A stretch of 64,000 nt of DNA from an uncultured Faecalibacterium sp. (lineage in GTDB: Bacteria > Bacillota > Clostridia > Christensenellales > CAG-917), in assembly GCA_964495385.1 (NCBI GenBank), contig CAZBVO010000008.1, forward strand, positions 62 through 64,061. Reading direction: 5' to 3'. Both the position numbers and the translations under genes were made by a program. The notes under the pieces are model-generated. The model saw only the letters and a program-made list of their open reading frames with translations. It ran no database searches and was not told where the DNA came from. Below, piece by piece: positions 44,142 through 54,378 of the stretch (position 1 is the first letter of the stretch; every line of letters begins with the position of its first letter).

Positions 44142-44860
44142 AAATCGCCCTCGCCCGAGCAAAGGTCGGTTTTTACCACCTTGCCGCCTTTATTTTGTAT
44201 TGCATAAACGGTCCCGAAGCTTGAAACAGCCTTTGCAAATTCGCCGTCCTCGTACACGGCCGCCGCACCGTTTTCGATTGCGATGGCATCCGTAACGTTG
44301 CCGCTTTCGACCTGCTTGTCAAAATCGATGCGCCTTTCGTCGTAATGCGGACAAGCGGTGCCTTTCAGAAAGCCCAAGGCATCCATAATTTCGTATTCGG
44401 CGCTCGCACCTTCGATAATTTTGCTGTCGGTGTACATTTTTTCAAACCAGCAAATCGCCCCGGCCGACAACCCTACGACAACCGCACCTCGCTCGTACGC
44501 CTCTATAATATATTTGTCAAAACCGTTGTCTCGCCAAGTTTCCAGCATAAACGCCGTGTCGCCGCCGCCGACGTAAATAAGATCGGCGTTTTTAAATTTG
44601 TTTGCGGTTTTTTCGGCGTCCATCGTCCCTTTAAAGCTCAGTGCGACGTCTGTTTTCATGCCCAGTTCGCCCGTATACGTTTTGTGAAAGCTGTTGTAAT
44701 AAGGCAAACTGTCGTGCGAAGCGGTTCCGACAAACAAAGCAAGCGAACGCCTGTCTGCAGGCGTTCGTTCTTTGGCTATGTTTGCGGCGTAACGGTCGAT
44801 TTCAAGCGTTTGCTTTTGACGAATTTCGCCGCCGCCTATCAAAATCAATGTTTTTTTCAT
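44138..44860 (-). CDS. Peptidase E / type 1 glutamine amidotransferase-like (S51) protein
   Basis: LIGGGE, GTAS, IYVGGGDT, GLSAGAICWF, CPHYD. Confidence 0.88.
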   Translation of the reverse strand: MKKTLILIGGGEIRQKQTLEIDRYAANIAKERTPADRRSLALFVGTASHDSLPYYNSFHKTYTGELGMKTDVALSFKGTMDAEKTANKFKNADLIYVGGGDTAFMLETWRDNGFDKYIIEAYERGAVVVGLSAGAICWFEKMYTDSKIIEGASAEYEIMDALGFLKGTACPHYDERRIDFDKQVESGNVTDAIAIENGAAAVYEDGEFAKAVSSFGTVYAIQNKGGKVVKTDLCSGEGDL

Positions 44861-45765
44861 AAGCATTTTGCGATATTTGCCGCAAGGCAAGCATTGTTCA
44901 AAACCAATTTAACGTTAGTTTCGAGGCTTTCGCCGCCGGTGATGTTGCGGATTTTTTCAAGCAGGAACGGGGTTACTTTCTTGCCGGTTATGCCAAGCGC
45001 CTTTGCTTCGGCAACAGCTTCGGAAATAACTGCTTCCATTCTGTCGGCATCCAAACTGTACTCGACAGGCACAGGATTTGTAACAAGCATCCCTCCGTGA
45101 AGCCCCAAGGCCTGTTTAGCCCGTATCGCATCGGCTATCTCGGCGGCCGAATCCATTCTGTAATCCACCTTAAATCCGCTTTTGCGAGTGAAAAACGCAG
45201 GCAGTTCGTTCGTGCCGTAGCCGATAACCGCAACCCCTTTGGTTTCCAGATATTCCAAGGTCAAACCCAAATCCAAAATGCTCTTTGCGCCGGCGCAAAC
45301 AACGGTAACGTCGGTTTTTGCAAGTTCTTCCAAATCGGCCGAAACGTCCATGGTTTCGGTTGCGCCTCTATGCACGCCTCCTATACCGCCCGTGGCAAAA
45401 ATTTTAATCCCGGCCATTGCGGCAAAAATCATGGTAGATGCAACCGTGGTTGCTCCGTCCAAGCCCTGCGACACCACAACGGGGATATCTCTGCGGCTGA
45501 CCTTCACGACCTCCGTTCCCTTTTTTCCCAAAAGCTCGATTTCATCGGCCGACAAACCCACCGTAGGCACGCCGCCGATTATGGCGATGGTTGCAGGTAC
45601 GGCACCGTTTTTTCTGACCGTGTTTTCAACTTCCAATGCGGTTTTGACGTTGTCGGGATAAGGCATGCCGTGCGATATGATTGTGGATTCCAACGCCACC
45701 ACGGGCTTGCCTTCGCTTATTGCTTTTTTGACCTCGTCGGACACTTTCAAAATGTTGTTGTTCAT
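44857..45765 (-). CDS. psuG: Pseudouridine-5'-phosphate glycosidase
   Basis: VALESTIISHGMPYP, KVSRRD, GATTVASTM, FATGGIGGVHRG, DVSADL, GAKSILD. Confidence 0.96.
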   Translation of the reverse strand: MNNNILKVSDEVKKAISEGKPVVALESTIISHGMPYPDNVKTALEVENTVRKNGAVPATIAIIGGVPTVGLSADEIELLGKKGTEVVKVSRRDIPVVVSQGLDGATTVASTMIFAAMAGIKIFATGGIGGVHRGATETMDVSADLEELAKTDVTVVCAGAKSILDLGLTLEYLETKGVAVIGYGTNELPAFFTRKSGFKVDYRMDSAAEIADAIRAKQALGLHGGMLVTNPVPVEYSLDADRMEAVISEAVAEAKALGITGKKVTPFLLEKIRNITGGESLETNVKLVLNNACLAANIAKCL

Positions 45766-46616
45766 TTGCTTTTCCCTCTTTCCGAAATTTTGCAATCGGA
45801 ATTCATTATGGAATTTTCCAAAATAATTTCGCCTATTTCGTCTGCCACGATGTTGCCCGATTTAGGGTTTTTTACCGACATAATCGAGCCTTTAACCGTC
45901 GCTTCTACGTCAGAGTACTCAAACGCAAGGTCGGCGCCCTCCGTTTCGCAATCGATGAGGCGAAGGTTTTTGCAATAGCACAGCGGCTGGATACCGATGA
46001 TTTTGCAACGTTCCAAAGTCAGTCCGTCCGAAAACCAGGCAAGATATTCGCCTTTGACGGTCGAGTTTCGAACGGTAACGTTTTTGCTGTGCCAAAACGC
46101 GTCCTTCGTGTCCAAATACGAATCCTCGATGACAAGGTTTTCCATATACTGGAATGAATATTTGCCCTTAAACGAAAGGTTTTTTATCACAACGTTTTTG
46201 CTGTCGAAAAAGGCGTACTCAGACGTCAGATTGCAGTCGGAAAGTCGGATGCGGTCGCTCTTCCATCCGAACTCGGGCGAAATTATTTTGCACCTCGACA
46301 AATCTATATCCGCACACTCTCTTATCGCCTTCACCGAACCGATGACCGTGTCCGTGATTTTTCCGTTTTCGGCATACCAAAGCGACGCCCTCGACGGTTC
46401 GCCAAGCTCGGAATTTTCGATGGCGAACCCCTTAACGTGCCAGAGCGGATAGCGCAAATTGAAAACCGTGTCCGTAACCGTAACGTTGCGAGCCTCTTTC
46501 AAAACCGATTCACCGTCGGCCGGTCCTTCAAACCGAACGTTTCGGACGACGGCGTCCGTCAAATTGTATAGCGCACGCTCCTCGTCAAAAGTTTTGTTTT
46601 CAACAATTTTCGTCAT
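45762..46616 (-). CDS. DUF3737-family beta-helix protein
   Basis: EERALY, GES.LKE, LRYPLWH, GKYSFQY, KDAFWH, GEYLAW, QPLCY, DLAFEYS, SVKNP.SG. Confidence 0.9.
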   Translation of the reverse strand: MTKIVENKTFDEERALYNLTDAVVRNVRFEGPADGESVLKEARNVTVTDTVFNLRYPLWHVKGFAIENSELGEPSRASLWYAENGKITDTVIGSVKAIRECADIDLSRCKIISPEFGWKSDRIRLSDCNLTSEYAFFDSKNVVIKNLSFKGKYSFQYMENLVIEDSYLDTKDAFWHSKNVTVRNSTVKGEYLAWFSDGLTLERCKIIGIQPLCYCKNLRLIDCETEGADLAFEYSDVEATVKGSIMSVKNPKSGNIVADEIGEIILENSIMNSDCKISERGKSK

Positions 46617-47197
46617 TGATCGCCTTGCTCCTTAAGTCTTTCAAGCCAACATCTGCGACACATAGCCTGATAACGGTCGTTGCCGCCTATACAAAGCTGC
46701 TCGCCGCTTTTTAAAACACGGCCGTTTTCGTCCAATCTGGCATTTACCGTAGCTTTTGCTCCGCAGCGGCATATCGATTTGATTTCGGTTATGGATTCGG
46801 CGATTTCAAACAGCCTTTTGCTTCCCTCGAACAAATGCGTGGTAAAATCCGTGGCAAGACCGAAACACAAAACGGGGATATCGTAAAACAAGGCCACGTC
46901 GCCCAGTTCGTCCACCTGCTCGGCCGACAAAAACTGACATTCGTCAACAATGATGACGTCGGTCGTGTCGCGACGGTCAAGATAAAGCTGTTTTAGGTCG
47001 GTGTCGGGCAAAATGGTTGTGGCTTCCGCCTGCAAACCGATTCTGCTCCACACAATGTTTCCGCCCACTCTCGTGTCGACGGACGGCTTGAGGAACAACA
47101 CTTTCATGCCCCGTTCCTCGTAATTGAATTTGGTTATAAGAGCCTGGGCAGTTTTGCTGCTGCCCATGGCCCCGAATTTAAAATATAATTTTGCCAT
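46613..47197 (-). CDS. tdk: Thymidine kinase
   Basis: GAMGSSKT, SRIG, VDECQF, FEGS, CRCG..CRRC Zn site. Confidence 0.95.
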   Translation of the reverse strand: MAKLYFKFGAMGSSKTAQALITKFNYEERGMKVLFLKPSVDTRVGGNIVWSRIGLQAEATTILPDTDLKQLYLDRRDTTDVIIVDECQFLSAEQVDELGDVALFYDIPVLCFGLATDFTTHLFEGSKRLFEIAESITEIKSICRCGAKATVNARLDENGRVLKSGEQLCIGGNDRYQAMCRRCWLERLKEQGDQ

Positions 47198-47202
47198 AAC
47201 AA

Positions 47203-48507
47203 CTACTTTTCGATTCTACCCAAAATGATAGGTTTTTTGTCTATCGGTTCGGCGGATATTTCGGTTGCCGCCAAAATTTTAGCTTCCGCCTCGGCTACCG
47301 ATTGAGGCTTGTTTGTAAACAAAACGGCCAGCACGTCGCCTTCCGTGACGAAGTCGCCGGTTTTCTTTTCAAGCATAATGCCTGCCGAATAATCTATGCC
47401 GTCCTCTTTTTTGGCTCTGCCCGCGCCCAGCACGAGACTGGCCATGCCGTAGCTTTCGGTGTCGACGTGTTTGATGTAGCCAGTTGTCGGAACTTTGACT
47501 TCGTAACGCACCGAAGCCTTTTTAAAGAGGTCGGTGTTTTTCAAAAGCCTTTCGTCGCCGCCCTGAGCCTTGACCATTTTGACAAGCGTTTCGAACGCCG
47601 AGCCGTCGGCAATTGCTTTTTTGGCAAGGCCTTCGCACTCTTCTACGCTTCCCAAACCTGCCATATAAAGCATGTTTGCGGCTATGTCGATGCAAATTTC
47701 GGTGAGGTCGGCCGGGCCGTGGCCTTGCAAAGTTTGAACGGCTTCGATAACTTCGAGGCTGTTTCCGATGGCTTTCCCGAGAGGAACGTCCATATCGGTT
47801 ATAAGCGCAATAACACGTTTACCTGCCAAATGGCCTATTTCAACCATCGATTTTGCAAGTTTGGTGCTGTCCTCAAGGGTTTTCATAAAGCCGCCGCTTC
47901 CCGTTTTGACGTCCAACAGAATGCAATCTGCGCCTGCCGCCAGCTTTTTGCCCATAATGCTGGACACTATAAGCGGCAAACTGTCAACCGTTGCGGTAAC
48001 GTCACGCAGAGCGTAAAGCTTTTTGTCGGCCGGGGCAAGGTTGCCGCTTTGGCCTATGATGCTGACGCCAACTTCGTTGACTATTCTGAAAAATTCTTCC
48101 TTGTCAACGGAGGTTCTGAACCCGTCAATCGACTCGAGTTTGTCGATGGTTCCACCCGTATGACCGAGGCCTCGGCCGCTCATTTTCGCTACCTTGACGC
48201 CGTAACTTGCAACTATCGGCGCAATAATAAGGCTGGTTTTGTCGCCCACGCCGCCGGTGGAATGCTTGTCGACTTTTATTCCGTTTATACCCGAAAGGTC
48301 CACGGTGTCGCCGCTTCGGGAAATGGCAAGAGTCAGGTTTGCGGTTTCCTCGTCGTCCATTCCCTTGTAGTAAACGGCCATGCAAAAAGCCGCCGCCTGA
48401 TAATCGGGAATATCGCCTGCGGTGTAACCTTTAACGAAAAAGTCGATTTGCTCCTTCGTAAGTTTTCCGCCGTCGCGTTTTTGTTTTATTATATCGTACA
48501 TTCTCAT
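47203..48507 (-). CDS. pdp: Pyrimidine-nucleoside phosphorylase
   Basis: DKHSTGGVGDK, KMSGRGLGHTGGT.DKLE, LYALRDVTATV. Confidence 0.96.
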   Translation of the reverse strand: MRMYDIIKQKRDGGKLTKEQIDFFVKGYTAGDIPDYQAAAFCMAVYYKGMDDEETANLTLAISRSGDTVDLSGINGIKVDKHSTGGVGDKTSLIIAPIVASYGVKVAKMSGRGLGHTGGTIDKLESIDGFRTSVDKEEFFRIVNEVGVSIIGQSGNLAPADKKLYALRDVTATVDSLPLIVSSIMGKKLAAGADCILLDVKTGSGGFMKTLEDSTKLAKSMVEIGHLAGKRVIALITDMDVPLGKAIGNSLEVIEAVQTLQGHGPADLTEICIDIAANMLYMAGLGSVEECEGLAKKAIADGSAFETLVKMVKAQGGDERLLKNTDLFKKASVRYEVKVPTTGYIKHVDTESYGMASLVLGAGRAKKEDGIDYSAGIMLEKKTGDFVTEGDVLAVLFTNKPQSVAEAEAKILAATEISAEPIDKKPIILGRIEK

Positions 48508-48560
48508 AAAAATTTACCTCAAATCAATGGGCCGCCGGACGTGCCTGCGGCCTGTATCGT

Positions 48561-48968
48561 TTATTCCAAATCCGCCTTTGAAAAAGACAGCGGCAATATT
48601 TCTGCCAAAGTAAACACCTTAAAGTCGGTGGCCGACGTACCAAGCACTACCTTGAAGGTTTCGGGATTTGAAAATTCAAGCATAACCTGACGGCAAATGC
48701 CGCACGGAGCGCAAAACTGCAACTCGTCGTCATAACCGCCCACAATGGCAATCGCCTCAAATTTTCTTTCGCCTTGGGACACGCCTTTGAAAATAGCGGT
48801 GCGTTCGGCGCAATTGGTTGCGCCGTAGCTGCTGTTTTCGATGTTGCATCCGCCGTAAACTTTGCCGCTTTCCGCCAAAACCGCCGCCCCTACTTTAAAG
48901 TGCGAATACGGCGAATAGGAATTTTTTCGGCTTTCAATAGCCGCCGCCATAAGTTCACCGTAGTTCAT
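48561..48968 (-). CDS. cdd: Cytidine deaminase
   Basis: YSPYSHF.VGAA, NIEN.SY..TNCAERTA, PCGICRQ. Confidence 0.96.
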   Translation of the reverse strand: MNYGELMAAAIESRKNSYSPYSHFKVGAAVLAESGKVYGGCNIENSSYGATNCAERTAIFKGVSQGERKFEAIAIVGGYDDELQFCAPCGICRQVMLEFSNPETFKVVLGTSATDFKVFTLAEILPLSFSKADLE

Positions 48969-50134
48969 AACCCGATCTCCTGTTTAAAGCTGTCGCCCGA
49001 GCCCTTGTTTTCGACACCGAAAATGTCCAAAACGGTTGCGCTGATGTCTGCAAAGCAGCTTCTCGTTTTAAGATTGACACCCTTTTTGACACCGTCGCCG
49101 AACACCAAAAACGGAATGTATTCTCTGCTGTGGTCGGTGGAAGGCGTTGCGGGATCGCAACCGTGATCGGCAGTTATCATAACCACGTCGCCCGGTTTAA
49201 GGCAACTTTCAAGTTCTTTAAGTCTGACGTCGAAGGTCGACAACGCGTTTGCATAACCGTCAACGTCGTTACGGTGGCCGTAAACCATATCGAAATCCAC
49301 AAGGTTGACAAAGCAAAGGCCCGTGAAATCCTTGTTCTTTGCTATATCCACGGTTTTGTCCATGCCGTCGTCGTTGTTTTTGATGCGAACGAAATCAGTG
49401 ATGCCTCTACCTGCAAATATATCGACGATTTTGCCAACCGAAACGGTATCGAAGCCCGCCTCTTTTAAGCTGTCAAGCATAGTGGTTCCGTAAGGTTCGA
49501 GGCTGAAATCGTGACGGTTTGCGGTTCTGACGTACGGCCATTCGCCGGCAAACGGGCGTGCGATAACTCTGCCCACGCCGTGTTCGCCCACCAAAATTTC
49601 GCGAGCTATGCGGCAATATTCGTAAAGCGTTTCAACGGGAACGTAATCTTCGTGTGCGGCAATTTGGAAAACACTGTCCGCCGAAGTGTAAACGATAAGT
49701 GCGCCCGTTTCAATTGCTTCACGTCCGTAATCCTTGATAACTTCCGTGCCGGAATAAGGCAGATTGCACAAAACCTTGCGGCCGGTGCGTTTTTCAAATT
49801 CGTCCAAAACCTCTTTAGGAAATCCGTTCGGATAAGTAGGAAGCGGTTTTTCGGAAACTACGCCGGCAATCTCCCAATGGCCGATGGTGGTATCTTTGCC
49901 CTTGCTTTTTTCGGCAAAACGGCCAAAGCTTCCCTGCGGATTTTCCGCAGACGGCATATAGTCGATTCCGTCAATGTTAAAAAGCCCGAGTTTTGCCATT
50001 TCGGGCGTGTGATATTTGCTGCTTGTAGTGCAACTTTTAAGGGTGTTGCTTCCGACGTCGCCGTAATCGGCGGCATCGGGCAATTCGCCTATTCCGCAAC
50101 TGTCAAGCACGATAAGAAACACTCTTTTGGTCAT
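48965..50134 (-). CDS. deoB: Phosphopentomutase
   Basis: VLDSCGIG, GKDTTIGHWE, YTSADSVFQIAAHE, GRVIARPF, YGHRND, TADHGCDP; start 50134. Confidence 0.96.
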   Translation of the reverse strand: MTKRVFLIVLDSCGIGELPDAADYGDVGSNTLKSCTTSSKYHTPEMAKLGLFNIDGIDYMPSAENPQGSFGRFAEKSKGKDTTIGHWEIAGVVSEKPLPTYPNGFPKEVLDEFEKRTGRKVLCNLPYSGTEVIKDYGREAIETGALIVYTSADSVFQIAAHEDYVPVETLYEYCRIAREILVGEHGVGRVIARPFAGEWPYVRTANRHDFSLEPYGTTMLDSLKEAGFDTVSVGKIVDIFAGRGITDFVRIKNNDDGMDKTVDIAKNKDFTGLCFVNLVDFDMVYGHRNDVDGYANALSTFDVRLKELESCLKPGDVVMITADHGCDPATPSTDHSREYIPFLVFGDGVKKGVNLKTRSCFADISATVLDIFGVENKGSGDSFKQEIGL

Positions 50135-50135
50135 G

Positions 50136-50843
50136 TCAAGCAATCTCCAAAGCAATTTTCATCATGGTGGTGAAGGTGTTCTGTCTGTCCTCTGCCGACA
50201 GACTTTCGCCGGTGACGAGGCTGTCCGAAATGGTGCAAATGGCAAGTGCCTGTTTGCCGGCCTTGAATGCGTTCATGTACAAACTTGCGGCTTCCATTTC
50301 GATGGCAAGCACACCGTGTTCTTCGTGAAATTGTTTGTGGATGCCGCCGTCATAAAACACGTCACTGCTGAAAATAGGCCCCACCATAGGGTTTGCGCCC
50401 AATTTTTTGGTAGCTTCTACGGCCTTTTCGACCATGACAGGCGTAGCTTTTGCCACAAAATCCTTCGGCAATCCGAAGTTTTCGGCAAAGCTGGAAGTGG
50501 TGTAAGCGATGTCGCCGATGACGACGTCTCTCACCTTAACCGCCGCATTCACCGCACCTGCCGAACCGACGCGAATTATGGTTTTTACGCCGTAAAAATT
50601 GAACAGCTCGTAGCTGTAAATGCCGATGGACGGCATGCCCATACCGGATGCCATAACGGAAACTCTTTTGCCGTTGTAATAGCCGGTGTAGCCCTGAACT
50701 CCGCGAACGTTGTTTACCAAAACGATGTCGGTCAAAAAGTTTTCGGCAATAAATTTTGCACGAAGCGGATCGCCCGGCATAAGAACGGTTTCGGCAAAAT
50801 CGCCGTATTTTGCATTGATGTGAGGGGTTGGGGTGTTAGGCAT
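50136..50843 (-). CDS. deoD: Purine nucleoside phosphorylase (hexameric)
   Basis: TPHINA, LMPGDPLRAK, SGMGMPSIGIYSYEL, IEMEAA. Confidence 0.96.
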   Translation of the reverse strand: MPNTPTPHINAKYGDFAETVLMPGDPLRAKFIAENFLTDIVLVNNVRGVQGYTGYYNGKRVSVMASGMGMPSIGIYSYELFNFYGVKTIIRVGSAGAVNAAVKVRDVVIGDIAYTTSSFAENFGLPKDFVAKATPVMVEKAVEATKKLGANPMVGPIFSSDVFYDGGIHKQFHEEHGVLAIEMEAASLYMNAFKAGKQALAICTISDSLVTGESLSAEDRQNTFTTMMKIALEIA

Positions 50844-51498
50844 TGTTCTCGTTCTCCTTTACTATTTTTACAATTCTGCTGGTGCCGAGCCTGTCGCAGC
50901 CGAGAGCCAAAAAGTCTTCTGCGTCTTCCATGCTCGAAATTCCGCCTGCGGCCTTCATTCTGACGTTAGGGCCGATGTTTTCGGAAAACAGTTTGATGTC
51001 TTCTCTGGTTGCTCCGCCTTTAGAAAAACCGGTGCTGGTTTTGATGAAATCCGCACCCGAAGCAGTGACTATTTCGCAAAGCTTTTTCTTTTCGGCGTCG
51101 GTGAGCAAGCAAGTTTCGATGATAACTTTCAAAATTTTGCCGTCGCATGCCTTTCTGACGGCTTTGATTTCCGACAGAACCTGAGTCCAGCTGCGGGATT
51201 TGACAAGACCGACGTTGATAACCATATCTATTTCGTCGGCGCCTTCCTTGACGGCGCGTTTGGTTTCGTAAACTTTAACGGCAGTGGTGTTGTAACCGTT
51301 AGGGAAACCGATTACCGTGCAAATGGCAAGGTTGTCCCCGACATATTTTTTCGCTTTTTTCACAAAGCAAGGAGGAATGCAAACGGATGCGGTGTGATAT
51401 TTCATACCGTCGTCGCAGATAGCTTTGATTTGCTTCCAAGTGGACGTTTGTGCCAAAAGCGTGTGATCGCAATGATTGAGAATTTTTTGGATATCCAT
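50836..51498 (-). CDS. deoC: Deoxyribose-phosphate aldolase
   Basis: DHTLL, CTVIGFP.G, GADEIDMVIN, LKVIIET, FIKTSTGF, KAAGGI, RLGTS. Confidence 0.96.
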   Translation of the reverse strand: MDIQKILNHCDHTLLAQTSTWKQIKAICDDGMKYHTASVCIPPCFVKKAKKYVGDNLAICTVIGFPNGYNTTAVKVYETKRAVKEGADEIDMVINVGLVKSRSWTQVLSEIKAVRKACDGKILKVIIETCLLTDAEKKKLCEIVTASGADFIKTSTGFSKGGATREDIKLFSENIGPNVRMKAAGGISSMEDAEDFLALGCDRLGTSRIVKIVKENENNA

Positions 51499-51699
51499 AA
51501 AATAGTCGCTCCTTATTTGTTATTTGCTTATATTATAACACTTATAAGGCCTCTTACGCAAGCGAAAACGAATTGTTTTTGCCGCAAAGCCCCTACAAGC
51601 CACTTTTTAAATGATACGCCGAAAAAATTTTTTAAAAATTGTTGCGAGCACGCCGCTGCGGCTGTTATACTAAAAGTATCAAAGGTTAGGAGGATCTTT

Positions 51700-53274
51700 A
51701 TGAAAACATTGCTCAAAAACGGCTTAATAGCCGACGGCAGCGGCAATCCGCTGTTCAAAGCCGACGTTCTTTTGGACGGCTCGTTCATAGCCGAAATCGG
51801 TGAAGGTCTGTCCGACACCGAAGCCAAAGTCATCGACTGCGAAGGTCTTATAGTCTCGCCGGGCTTTATCGACGCTCACAGCCACAACGACTTTTTCTAC
51901 AACTACCCCGACGCCGAAAAATTTTATAGGCCGTTTATTCGCCAAGGCATCACCACTCAAATCACCGGCAACTGCGGATTTTCGCCGTTTGGCATAGATA
52001 ACGAGTCGAAATTTAAGGATAAAGTCGGCGGAGGGTTGTTCCACGCTAAAAACCCGGGAAGCTTTAAGCAGTTTGTTTCCGAGGCCGAAGGCAAGCTGTT
52101 TGTAAATATGGTTCCGCTTGTCGGGCACGGCACGACGCGCATAAGCGTGTCCGGTTACAATCCCGAACCGCTTACGCCCGAGCAAATAGAATGCGAAATG
52201 AAATTGGTTGACGAAGCTATGGAAAACGGTGCTTTCGGCGGCAGTTTCGGTTTTATGTACGAACCGGGCATGTACAGCAAAAAGGACGAACTGTTGGCCT
52301 TTGCGTCCCGCATTCAAAAATACGACGGAATCCTCACGATTCATCCTCGCGCAGAATCGAAGGTTGCTTTGGGCTATCCGCTCATATCCAAACCGCACAT
52401 CGAAATTGCTTTGGACGAAATCATCGAAATAATGGAAAAAACCAAAGTGCGCACCGAGTACAGCCACTTGATTTTTGTCGGCAAATCCAGCTGGCCGAGC
52501 GTCGAACCTATGCTCAAAAAACTGCACGACTACAACGACAAAGGTTTCAAAATCGCTTACGACTGCTACGCTTTCACCTACGGCGCATCGGTAATAACCA
52601 TAGTGTTGCCGCCGTGGTACATGGCTCTTTCCAAAGAAGACCGCAAAAAACCGTTCAACATGTTCAAGCTTAAAGTTATGACTTACCTCACAAAGGTTTT
52701 GCTGGGCATCGATTTTTGCGATTTCACGGTTGCATACATATCCGACGAACACAAAGAATACGAAGGAAAAACGGTTTCGCAATGCGCCAAGGAAGAAGGT
52801 TTGTCCGATTTTGACATGTACATCAAACTCGTCGACCTGTCCGACGGCCAAGGCAGGCTTTATTTGGACAAATACTACAACGATCAAATCATCAACCGCC
52901 TTATGACCGACGATTTGTCGGTGTTTATGACTGACGCTTGGGTTGAAGAAGCAGGGACTCAAAACGGTGCGGCATATCAATGCTTCCCTTATTTCTTGGT
53001 TCGTGCGCGCGAAAACGGCTTGCCTATCGAAAACGTCGTCCGAAAAATGACGGGTGCAACGGCCGAACGCTTCAAAATTCCGCAAAGAGGCTTTTTGAAA
53101 AAAGGTTATTACGCCGACGTAACCGTGTTCGATTACGACGGAGTCAAAGTGGATCCGAAAACTCCGGACTTTACCCCTAAAGGCATCAAGTACGTTTTCA
53201 TCAACGGCAACGAAGTAGTCTCGAACGAAAACTACGTTCCGCAAACCGTAGGCAAAGTGGTTTTGAAAAAGTAA
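51700..53274 (+). CDS. N-acyl-D-amino acid deacylase-like amidohydrolase
   Basis: PGFIDAHSHND, QGITT..GNCGFS, GHGT.R, KMTG..A.RF, GYYADVTVFD; AGGAGG RBS before ATG 51700 (the upstream extension in the ORF track is antisense to deoC). Confidence 0.88.
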   Translation: MKTLLKNGLIADGSGNPLFKADVLLDGSFIAEIGEGLSDTEAKVIDCEGLIVSPGFIDAHSHNDFFYNYPDAEKFYRPFIRQGITTQITGNCGFSPFGIDNESKFKDKVGGGLFHAKNPGSFKQFVSEAEGKLFVNMVPLVGHGTTRISVSGYNPEPLTPEQIECEMKLVDEAMENGAFGGSFGFMYEPGMYSKKDELLAFASRIQKYDGILTIHPRAESKVALGYPLISKPHIEIALDEIIEIMEKTKVRTEYSHLIFVGKSSWPSVEPMLKKLHDYNDKGFKIAYDCYAFTYGASVITIVLPPWYMALSKEDRKKPFNMFKLKVMTYLTKVLLGIDFCDFTVAYISDEHKEYEGKTVSQCAKEEGLSDFDMYIKLVDLSDGQGRLYLDKYYNDQIINRLMTDDLSVFMTDAWVEEAGTQNGAAYQCFPYFLVRARENGLPIENVVRKMTGATAERFKIPQRGFLKKGYYADVTVFDYDGVKVDPKTPDFTPKGIKYVFINGNEVVSNENYVPQTVGKVVLKK

Positions 53275-53322
53275 AAAGTCTAAATTTGAAATTTTAAAAC
53301 CGCATAACAATATATCGGCAAC

Positions 53323-53353
53323 AAAAAAAACGGGCAACGAAATGCCCGTTTTT
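53323..53353. terminator. Bidirectional intrinsic terminator
   Basis: AAAAAAAACGGGCA-ACGAAA-TGCCCGTTTTT between convergent genes. Confidence 0.85.
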
Positions 53354-53364
53354 CAGTGGTTTTT

Positions 53365-54378
53365 TTAAAGTCCGTTCGGATTGTTTTTCTGCCAACGCCA
53401 GCTGTCCTCTGCCATTTTGTGGATGTCCAGCTCAGCTCTCCAGCCCATTTCCTTATACGCTTTTGTCGGATCGGCATAGCATTCGGCGATATCGCCGGCT
53501 CTGCGAGGTGCAATGACGTATTCCAACGGACGTCCGACGACTTCCGAAAACGCATTGATAACCTCCAAAACGCTGTAACCGTTTCCCGTGCCGAGGTTGT
53601 AAATTTTGATGCCGCAATTTTCGTCAAATTTTTTGATTGCCGCAAGATGCCCTTTGGCAAGGTCCACAACGTGGATATAGTCTCTGACCCCCGTACCGTC
53701 GGGCGTCGGATAGTCGTTTCCGAAAACGTTTATGCGCGGCAATTTGCCAACCGCAACCTGCGTAATGTACGGCACGAGGTTGTTAGGGATTCCGTTAGGA
53801 TCTTCGCCTATAAGTCCGGACGGATGCGCACCTATCGGATTGAAGTATCTAAGCAAAACGATGTTGAACGTAGGATCGGAAACGTAAAGGTCTTTAAGGA
53901 TGTTTTCGATCATAAATTTTGTCTGGCCGTACGGATTGGTGCAACCGCCCACAGGGAAATCTTCCGTAATAGGAACCGTGTGCGGATTGCCGTAAACGGT
54001 GGCTGAACTGGAGAAAACGATGTTCTTAACCCCGAATTCGCGCATAAGGTCCAACAAATTGAGTGTCGAAACAAGATTGTTGCGATAATATTCAAGCGGT
54101 TTTCTTACGCTTTCGCCAACGGCTTTAAGCCCTGCAAAATGAATAACGCAGTCAAATTTTTCGGCTTCAAAAACCTTGCGCAACGCATCCTTGTCCGTCA
54201 TGTCGGCCAGATAAAAAGTCGGCCGTTTTCCGGTGATAGAATATATTCTGTCCAAAACGGCGGGCTTGCTGTTTGAAAAATTGTCCACTACCGCAACGTC
54301 TGCGCCGCTTGTAAGCAATTCAACCACGGTGTGACTTCCGATATATCCGCAACCGCCGGTAACCAAAACTTTTTTCAT
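53365..54378 (-). CDS. galE: UDP-glucose 4-epimerase
   Basis: VTGGCGYIGSH, HFAGLKAVGES, FSSSATVYG, YGQTK, LRYFNP.GAH. Confidence 0.96.
   Translation of the reverse strand: MKKVLVTGGCGYIGSHTVVELLTSGADVAVVDNFSNSKPAVLDRIYSITGKRPTFYLADMTDKDALRKVFEAEKFDCVIHFAGLKAVGESVRKPLEYYRNNLVSTLNLLDLMREFGVKNIVFSSSATVYGNPHTVPITEDFPVGGCTNPYGQTKFMIENILKDLYVSDPTFNIVLLRYFNPIGAHPSGLIGEDPNGIPNNLVPYITQVAVGKLPRINVFGNDYPTPDGTGVRDYIHVVDLAKGHLAAIKKFDENCGIKIYNLGTGNGYSVLEVINAFSEVVGRPLEYVIAPRRAGDIAECYADPTKAYKEMGWRAELDIHKMAEDSWRWQKNNPNGL

Noticed and set aside
50833-51699. N-terminal ~290 aa of the 813-aa ORF, suggesting a fusion to the amidohydrolase
   Set aside because: It is antisense to deoC plus intergenic DNA; a strong AGGAGG RBS and the family N-terminus place the real start at 51700.
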